From the NCBI RefSeq assembly GCF_001997385.1, contig NZ_CP019633.1, positions 2,010,001 to 2,042,000 of the forward strand: a stretch of 32,000 nucleotides of DNA, given 5' to 3'. Source of the stretch: Sedimentisphaera cyanobacteriorum (GTDB lineage Bacteria; Planctomycetota; Phycisphaerae; Sedimentisphaerales; Sedimentisphaeraceae). How positions within the stretch are numbered: position 1 is the first letter of the stretch; every line of letters begins with the position of its first letter. Under the pieces are notes generated by a model that saw only the letters and a program-made list of their open reading frames with translations, made no database searches and was not told the origin of the DNA. Position numbers and translations under genes: made by a program. Positions 26,061-32,000 of the stretch are shown here, one piece after another.

Positions 26061-26420
26061 ATGTACAATATTGGAAGAGAAGCAGACACGTTCATAAACG
26101 CCAAGGTTGATACAATCAGCCGCGGGAAGACCCGCAGCAATCAGAGCAGAATAAACGAACTCGAAGACCAGCTCGACAGGCTTATCCTCGTTAATCGTGC
26201 GCTCTGGGAGCTGCTCAGCGAAAAGACAAACCTCACTGATGACGAGCTTTTCAGCAAAGCTGCCGAGATAGATATGCGAGACGGCGAGTTGGACGGCAAA
26301 CTCCGCAAGGAGCTGAAGAAATGCGCCAGCTGCGGGCGAACATTAAACCCCCGCCATCAGAAATGTATGTACTGCGGCAGCGAAAACCTCAAAAACGACG
26401 CATTTGATGCAATAAAATGA
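26061..26420 (+). CDS. small coiled-coil protein with C-terminal zinc ribbon
   Basis: 119 aa. Helical/charged centre (NELEDQLDRLILVNRALWELL). C-terminal CASCG...CMYCG. The stop overlaps the yggS start (ATGA). Confidence 0.5.
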   Translation: MYNIGREADTFINAKVDTISRGKTRSNQSRINELEDQLDRLILVNRALWELLSEKTNLTDDELFSKAAEIDMRDGELDGKLRKELKKCASCGRTLNPRHQKCMYCGSENLKNDAFDAIK

Positions 26421-27130
26421 GCAAGATCGAAGAAAAATTGAATATCGTAGAAGAGAATATCCAAGCCGCCTGTGAAAGGGCAGGCCGGAGCAGGGATGAG
26501 CTGCGCCTTGTTGCTGTTACGAAAACCGCAGCGCCCGAGCAGGTGGTAGAGGCGGTTCGCCTGGGCTGCACCAACCTCGGGGAAAACCGCCTCCAGCATT
26601 TCTCCGAAATCAGGCAGGCCGCAGAAAACAGCGAAGAAATATCAGAGCTTCTGCCCGGCGTCCGCTGGCATATGATCGGCCATATGCAGAGAAACAAGGC
26701 CAAACACTTCCTCCCGCTGATGGATATGCTCCATTCGCTCGAATCGCTTAAGCTTGCCGGCGTTTTGAATAAGCTCCTCGCAGAACAGAGGAGAAAGCTT
26801 GAGGCGTTCATTCAAATAAACTGCTCCCGCGAAGAGCAAAAGTACGGCGTGCCTGCGAGCGAGGCTGCAGAATTCGCCGCAAGGCTCGCAGAGCATGAGA
26901 ACATTATACCCGCCGGCATTATGACTATGGCAGTTTTCGAGGCCAGCGAGAAACACCTCCATGAAACATTCGCCCTCGCACGTGAAACACTGACAAAAGC
27001 ACGAAAAGCACTTCCCGAAAACCTCAGAGAAGGCTTCTCACGCCTGAGCATGGGGATGACAAACGACTACAAAATCGCTGTGGAAGAAGGGGCAACAGAC
27101 CTCCGCATCGGCTCGGCCATATTCGCCTGA
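26417..27130 (+). CDS. yggS: YggS-family pyridoxal phosphate homeostasis protein
   Basis: VAVTKT (PLP lysine), LGENRLQ, WHMIGHMQRNKAK and LSMGMTNDYKIAVEEGATDLRIGSAIF. Confidence 0.9.
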   Translation: MSKIEEKLNIVEENIQAACERAGRSRDELRLVAVTKTAAPEQVVEAVRLGCTNLGENRLQHFSEIRQAAENSEEISELLPGVRWHMIGHMQRNKAKHFLPLMDMLHSLESLKLAGVLNKLLAEQRRKLEAFIQINCSREEQKYGVPASEAAEFAARLAEHENIIPAGIMTMAVFEASEKHLHETFALARETLTKARKALPENLREGFSRLSMGMTNDYKIAVEEGATDLRIGSAIFA

Positions 27131-27299
27131 ATCAGTTTTGTTTTTCGGCTCTAATTCAATATGTTAGTCAGTTCGGTATCTATCTCAGACCAATTCTGAT
27201 TGAGGTTTACGATTTGAAGCGAAATCTTTCGGCCTCCTCACCTCCACCCAGAGAATAACCTTAACCCAATTTACAGGAAAGATTTTACACTATCCAAAA

Positions 27300-27659
27300 T
27301 CAAGGCTCGATTATTATGTCAAAAAATATGCCGATAAGGCACCTAAGCTCTCTGAGTGGATGGAAGAAAATCTGCCAGAAGGACTGGCAGTGTTTGAATT
27401 GCCAAAACAACACAGAAAAAGATTGAGAACTACAAATATGCTCGAAAGACTGCACGAAGAAATCAACAGAAGAACCAGGGTAGCAGGAATATTCCCAAAC
27501 GAAAAAGCTCTAATAAGACTAATCAGCGCAATAGAAATCGAAATATCAGAAGATTGGGTCGCTGGAAGAAAATACCTGAATATGAATAACGTAATAGAGG
27601 ACGAAGCCGAGGACGCCAATTCAAATAAAAATCAATTTTACAGAAATAATCTTGCATGA
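27300..27659 (+). pseudogene. 5'-truncated IS256-family (Mutator-type) transposase remnant
   Basis: Only the C-terminal 100-120 aa or so are present (...YVKKYADKAPKLSEWMEENLPEGLAVFELPKQHRKRLRTTNMLERLHEEINRRTRVAGIFPNEKALIRLI...). No DDE core lies upstream. Confidence 0.7.
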
Positions 27660-27680
27660 TCCTACCAAATACTTATTTAT

Positions 27681-29435
27681 TTACTCGGCTTTGAATAGTC
27701 TTATATTGTCGACCCATGCGGCATTGGCTCCACCAATTGTTGAGGCATCATCTGCAAAAGTCCACATAAAAGAATGCACGCCTTCGGTTACTTCAAATGT
27801 TTGTAACTGCCAATTGCTTTCGCCGCTCCACCTTTGCTGAACAACTCCATCGATATAGAAATACAAGTAATCATCTTCAAGTTCGCTTGAAACTTTACAA
27901 ACAAAACTAATACGGTCAAAACCGGTAGTATCGACTTCTACATACATATCACTTCTTTGATTGTTAGTAATCACTTTTGAACGGGCACTAAAGTTTCCCT
28001 CAAAAACAGTGCTATCATCAATGATCCAATCAGTATAGTAGTCGTCCCAGTCCAGAGCAGTAAAATCACCTGTTTCAAAATCATCGGTCATAACAGACCG
28101 CGGCTGAAAGATCATATCCTCACCCATCCAGCTTAATGCCAACTGTCTAAAATCAAGCAAATTAATTTTGCCATCTGTGTACCAATCGGCACTAGTACAC
28201 GGCTGATCCGAGGTGCAACCTGTGAACAGCCAGTACTCTGTCAGAGTCAGAAGTTCATCAAAGTCAACTTTCTCTGCAGGCGGCTGCCAGGTCAATTGAG
28301 GATAACCGTTCATGAACCAGTCGGCAGTTCCATCACTTTTGTCAAAATCCCAGCCGGCACCGGCAAAGGTTGTTTCATTTGTCATCTCAGCAGCTGGCAG
28401 TGACGGATGCGGGCAATTCTTCCAACCAGTCTTCGTGGCATTGTTACAGATATAATAACGGTATCGCCGCCCGTCGGCCTTTTTAGAATACGAGTGGCTC
28501 ATCCCGCAGCCGCAGGTTTTGCAGCGAATGATGCCTTTCAATATCCCGCCATGTTTGTTGGGCTTGGCGCAGGTTGGCACATTGCGATTGGCGGCAAGTT
28601 GGCGTTGCGCCTGCTTGAAGATTTCTTCGGTAATGATAGCTTCGTGTTCGCCTTCGTAAAGAACGCCATCGTATTGCATTTTGCCTGTATAGATAGGATT
28701 TTTCAGCAAGGCATGAACGCGATTCTTGTCGTATGGGTGGCCTTTATGTACTGTGCCTTTTCGGGTAACCCATTCCTTGGTATGCCAGCCGAACCGGCGG
28801 AGTTCTTCAACTACCGGTAGGACACTGCCGAGCCGCAGGTACATATCAAAAATCGTCCGCACTCGCTCAGCTTCGATCTCATTAATGACGAGCTTGCCGA
28901 CTTCTGCCGAAATGTCGTATCCGAGCACTGGCCTGCCGCCAGTGTATTTACCTCGCTTGCGTGCCATGGCAATCTTATCGCGTGTACGTTCAGAAATAAC
29001 CTCACGCTCGAACTGCGCGAACGAGAGAAGAATGTTCAACGTCAGCCGCCCCATGCTGGTGGTTGTATTAAACTGCTGTGTAACCGAAACAAATGACACC
29101 CCCTTGGATTCGAAGCGTTCCAGAATTTTTGCAAAATCCATCAGCGAACGACTCAACCGGTCAACCTTATAGACAACCACGCAGTCAATTAAACCGGCAT
29201 CGATGTCAGCCAGCATGCGGCCTAATGCGGGTCTATCCATATTGCCTCCGGTGAAACCGCCATCATCATATTGATCCGGCAGGCATGTCCAGCCTTGAGA
29301 TTTCTGGCTGGTGATATAGGCTTCTGCTGCTTCACGTTGGGCATGCAATGAATTGAATTCCTGCTCCAGTCCTTCATCGGTCGATTTACGAGTGTAAATG
29401 GCGCAGCGGATTGTCTTGGGTATATCTGTTTTCAT
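27681..29435 (-). CDS. large serine recombinase (resolvase + recombinase + zinc-ribbon domains, aa 1-350) continuing in frame into an unrelated surface-protein C-terminal fragment (aa 351-584)
   Basis: CAIYTRKSTDEGLEQEFNSLHAQREAAEAYI (catalytic Ser18), VVYKVDRLSRS, a recombinase domain, and the zinc ribbon CKTCGCG...YYIC...CPHPSLPAAEM. From about 28383 downward the sequence is AGWDFD...GYPQLTWQ, a dockerin-like DGKINLLDFRQLALSW and a jelly-roll-like tail ending AAWVDNIRLFKAE. Confidence 0.8.
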   Translation of the reverse strand: MKTDIPKTIRCAIYTRKSTDEGLEQEFNSLHAQREAAEAYITSQKSQGWTCLPDQYDDGGFTGGNMDRPALGRMLADIDAGLIDCVVVYKVDRLSRSLMDFAKILERFESKGVSFVSVTQQFNTTTSMGRLTLNILLSFAQFEREVISERTRDKIAMARKRGKYTGGRPVLGYDISAEVGKLVINEIEAERVRTIFDMYLRLGSVLPVVEELRRFGWHTKEWVTRKGTVHKGHPYDKNRVHALLKNPIYTGKMQYDGVLYEGEHEAIITEEIFKQAQRQLAANRNVPTCAKPNKHGGILKGIIRCKTCGCGMSHSYSKKADGRRYRYYICNNATKTGWKNCPHPSLPAAEMTNETTFAGAGWDFDKSDGTADWFMNGYPQLTWQPPAEKVDFDELLTLTEYWLFTGCTSDQPCTSADWYTDGKINLLDFRQLALSWMGEDMIFQPRSVMTDDFETGDFTALDWDDYYTDWIIDDSTVFEGNFSARSKVITNNQRSDMYVEVDTTGFDRISFVCKVSSELEDDYLYFYIDGVVQQRWSGESNWQLQTFEVTEGVHSFMWTFADDASTIGGANAAWVDNIRLFKAE

Positions 29436-29932
29436 TTATTGCCTTTCTTTTTCTTTAGCCCGAAGAAGAGCTTGCCATTCCAATGTGTACCGGTGACCTC
29501 TTTGGCGACAGCCGACAAACTGCGATAGAGCTGGCCATTAAATCGCACTCCGTTTTCCATGATGGTTACCACAATGCGCTGGCCTTTGTACATCCGCTCA
29601 AGTTGTGTCCCCGGTGCAACGTCAGACTGATTCGAAGTGATTGTCTGCGGCAGCGTCCGGCTGACGGTCTGAGCGTCCTCCGAGGGTGGTTTTGGCCGTG
29701 GTGAAGTCATACGAAGCCGATTCAGGTCAGCCAGCTTATTTGCCCGCTCCAGAGCTTCTTCTGAAAGCCCGCCATAGGCGTTTGCCTGCATCTGCCAGAG
29801 AATCCGCTTTATGATATGCCTGGCGTGGCGGCTGGTAGTGATCTCACCGAAGACCTTCTCATACTCTTCCCGCAGCTCGGCGATAGAGAGCTTCTCAAGG
29901 CGTTTCTGGTGTTGTTCAATTGTCATATTCAT
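29432..29932 (-). CDS. DUF2924 protein (recombinase-associated)
   Basis: LSIAELREEYEKVFGE...WQMQANAYGGLSEEALERANKLA and the C-terminal YRSLSAVAKEVTGTHWNGKLFFGL match my recollection of DUF2924. ATGA overlap with the recombinase start. AAGGAG RBS. Confidence 0.8.
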   Translation of the reverse strand: MNMTIEQHQKRLEKLSIAELREEYEKVFGEITTSRHARHIIKRILWQMQANAYGGLSEEALERANKLADLNRLRMTSPRPKPPSEDAQTVSRTLPQTITSNQSDVAPGTQLERMYKGQRIVVTIMENGVRFNGQLYRSLSAVAKEVTGTHWNGKLFFGLKKKKGNK

Positions 29933-29934
29933 TT

Positions 29935-30174
29935 TTATAGCTCCTTGTGCTCTAAGGGTTTATCGATAGACACATGAAGCCTCGTTTTGCCGGAAACATC
30001 AAGTCCGGTTAACGCAGAATCTGCATTTTCTGAAAGGTTTTTGCCGGATTTTGGCGAATTTACGGAGATTCCCGCTAGTCGGCAGGCCGCTTCAGAGAAC
30101 ATCTCGACCAGGATGGCTCGGCGATGAGCGGCAGAGAGTTTTTCGGCATAGCTTGGCGATTTAAGTTTTGACAT
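29935..30174 (-). CDS. hypothetical small protein, first gene of the recombinase module
   Basis: The track ORF starts at GTG 30216. ATG 30174 has GGAG 6 nt upstream. It ends 2 nt before the DUF2924 start. No family recognised. Confidence 0.4.
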   Translation of the reverse strand: MSKLKSPSYAEKLSAAHRRAILVEMFSEAACRLAGISVNSPKSGKNLSENADSALTGLDVSGKTRLHVSIDKPLEHKEL

Positions 30175-30561
30175 GTTCAGCTCCAATCGGGGGTTCGGTT
30201 TCGGTTTACCTGACACCCGTTGTTAACTCACTGAATTGTCATGCTGTCACGATAGAGCGGGGTTCATGATAGCTGGTTGTTAAGCGAAATCCGGCGGGAT
30301 GAGAGCTCGCGACCAAAGTGTGGTACGTTTTGAAAAGATAGAATCGTCTGCCACGCGATTTACCCGAAGATGGTTCGATTATGGTAAGAGAGCAAAACAA
30401 TAGAACTTTTGGCAGAGAGGTTTAGAGAGTTCCGGGCCAGTTCGGCGGAGAATTTACCGTTTTATTGGCAGCCCAAAGAAAACAGAGAGCGGTAGGATAG
30501 AACCGCCTTAAGCCATAAATCACCCGAAACCCCCCAATTTTACGCCAAATATGCGGATATT

Positions 30562-30593
30562 GAAAAAGCCCAGCCATTTCCATGACCGGGCTT
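30562..30593 (-). terminator. candidate terminator downstream of the PEP-CTERM gene
   Basis: AGCCCAG...CCGGGCT imperfect stem (30568-30592), followed on the minus strand by a T-run (the plus-strand A-run at 30563-30567). Confidence 0.35.
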
Positions 30594-30610
30594 CTTCGTT
30601 AATCGTTAGC

Positions 30611-30641
30611 AGTGGATTTTACGCCACTGGTTGTTTTTGGC
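30611..30641 (+). terminator. candidate plus-strand terminator with no annotated plus-strand gene upstream
   Basis: CAGTGG-attttacg-CCACTG 6-bp stem followed by GTTGTTTTTGG. Confidence 0.3.
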
Positions 30642-30823
30642 TCCGTATAAAAACGGCACAGGGGTAAATTAGATAGAAATTTACTGCCATTCTATATTTG
30701 GGGCGGTTTACAGATATTATTTTTTGATGCAAAATTAACATAAGGCAATTAATGCCCCCCGATAGCCTCAGCAAAAGGTCATTGTTAAAAGAAATGTGGC
30801 GATTCAAAAATATGAAATAAAGA

Positions 30824-31708
30824 TTATTTTCGAGATCTTCTAATGGTAGCAGCTCCTAAAGCACCTAATCCGAAAAGAAGAGCAGTTGTTGGTTCTGGAA
30901 TTGCAGTACCTTGGTATTGACCTGTTTGAACTCTACCAAAAAATGCAGAATCATATCCTAGTCCAATTTCTCCATTATTGTAAGTCAAATCTTCTAGTGA
31001 TCCAAAAGCGCCATTAAGCAGTCCACCATTACCAGTAAATGTTCCATCTCTATTGAAGTCAAGGAAATAATTTTCTCTTGAACTTGGAGCATCTTTAGTT
31101 GTAAGTAAGAAACCAATGTTTCCATTGTCTAATTTATAGGCTTCTGCACCAGTAGGTGTTCCATATTGTGATCCTAAAACTCCAAAGTTGATTGTGTCAG
31201 TAACTAAAAGAGAATTCAAATCCCATTCTTTTCCAATAATTTCATTATTGCCATTCACTGCGAATGAATATGCTTTATTTTCACTAGCTAGAGCTCCAAG
31301 ACCGAATGAATTCAGTCCAGCACTTCCTAGTGTGCCTTGCGAACCAAAAGGAGCAAAATTACCAGTATTATTATCCATTCTATAAATCACATTATCAATT
31401 CCTAAATGTAGTGTATAATCATTTCCTAAGGACGCAGCATCCTGCATGGTATGTTCATTAGAATATTCCGCAGTCTCTTGGAAGTTTCCAGAGAAATTCT
31501 TATCTAGTTTAAAAGTGTCGGAGTTTCCGGTTAAGTAGAAATCATCAGTTGCTTGTGACATACCGTATATCGGTCTATCCGTCAATGTGGACTGATCAGG
31601 ATTAAATGACACTATCGCACCATCAGCTTTCTGTGCACTTCCAACAAGTGCTGCAAGACCTACTAAACCACCAGCAAGGATGTTTCTTAGTGTTTTTTTA
31701 AATGACAT
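30824..31708 (-). CDS. PEP-CTERM sorting-domain secreted protein
   Basis: C-terminus IPEPTTALLFGLGALGAATIRRSRK (PEP motif, TM helix, basic tail). N-terminal signal MSFKKTLRNILAGGLVGLAALVGSA. ATG 31708 has AAGGAG 10 nt upstream, whereas the track starts at 31747. Visibly AT-rich. Confidence 0.8.
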   Translation of the reverse strand: MSFKKTLRNILAGGLVGLAALVGSAQKADGAIVSFNPDQSTLTDRPIYGMSQATDDFYLTGNSDTFKLDKNFSGNFQETAEYSNEHTMQDAASLGNDYTLHLGIDNVIYRMDNNTGNFAPFGSQGTLGSAGLNSFGLGALASENKAYSFAVNGNNEIIGKEWDLNSLLVTDTINFGVLGSQYGTPTGAEAYKLDNGNIGFLLTTKDAPSSRENYFLDFNRDGTFTGNGGLLNGAFGSLEDLTYNNGEIGLGYDSAFFGRVQTGQYQGTAIPEPTTALLFGLGALGAATIRRSRK

Positions 31709-32000
31709 TTGAATATTACTCCTTAATAATAAGCTGACATTTCCCATTTAAACTGTTAAAAACATAAATTCTAATAACGATATCCTAATTTTACAAAATT
31801 CAGACCCGCAGGGTCAATAAAATTTTATTCCATGCCTAGTTTTACTCAAAACTGTGTACATGTACGTCTTCAGCAAAAAACTAATGGGGACAGTCACCTA
31901 TTTTCTTAGTTAATAATCCTATTATACTTCTCCCTTTAAATACCACAACACAAACTTTGACAAAATTTATCAGCAAATGCACTATGAAAGGCAGATGTTA

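Noticed and set aside
27212-27221. A 10-nt match (ATTTGAAGCG) to the inner part of the IS30 inverted repeat, which could be a solo IS30 end.
   Set aside because: The match does not extend on either side (about 3 of the next 11 nt). A single 10-mer hit in 32 kb on two strands is within chance expectation.
30372-30380. GGTTCGATT, a tRNA T-loop-like motif near the recombinase module that could mark a tRNA or tmRNA integration target.
   Set aside because: The flanking bases cannot form the 5-bp T-stem, and no acceptor or anticodon arms are evident. It is not a tRNA or a tRNA fragment I can support.
30619-30807. A 62-aa minus-strand ORF between the PEP-CTERM gene and the terminator hairpins.
   Set aside because: It has no RBS and an odd composition. 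It overlaps terminator-like structures and lies in an AT-rich spacer, so it is probably non-coding.

Overview
About 50% GC bacterial chromosomal window, judged by eye. All calls come from motif recognition in the supplied ORF translations and from reading the DNA; no searches were run. The gene content is Tat-signal S1 sulfatases, GH31, GH105 and GH172/DUF2961 enzymes, a PEP-CTERM protein, a dockerin-like surface-protein fragment and an MtaA/URO-D-like enzyme. This suggests an anaerobic polysaccharide degrader of the PVC type (Phycisphaerae, Kiritimatiellota or Lentisphaerota), which is inference only.

Layout:
- 1-607: AT-rich tail of an accessory region with three translationally coupled small ORFs.
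- 628-5350: housekeeping genes (nadK, a PaaI thioesterase, a transglutaminase-like protein, mnmA, a GNAT).
- 5468-13131: tightly coupled minus-strand operon GH172/DUF2961, sulfatase, sulfatase, GH31. An intact IS30-family element (13157-14458) sits 25 bp upstream of its first start codon.
- 14585-19810: a Tat-signal enolase-superfamily enzyme, a COG0523 GTPase paired with a URO-D/MtaA-like enzyme fused to a thioredoxin-like domain, and a GH105.
- 19994-27130: plus-strand block of dus, a 730-bp repeat-rich non-coding region with two perfect DnaA-box 9-mers, a RhuM-family gene, cysS, a DUF262/DUF1524 (GmrSD-like) nuclease, a small zinc-ribbon protein and yggS.
- 27131-32000: scrambled mobile region with IS256 remnants, a three-gene serine-recombinase module (small ORF, DUF2924, recombinase) and an AT-rich PEP-CTERM gene. 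The recombinase ORF runs in frame into the 3' part of an unrelated surface-protein gene.

I saw no rRNA, tRNA or CRISPR array.

The best candidates for something undescribed are the URO-D-Trx plus COG0523 pair, the chimeric recombinase junction, the GmrSD-like nuclease plus zinc-ribbon pair embedded between cysS and yggS, and the repeat/DnaA-box intergenic region.
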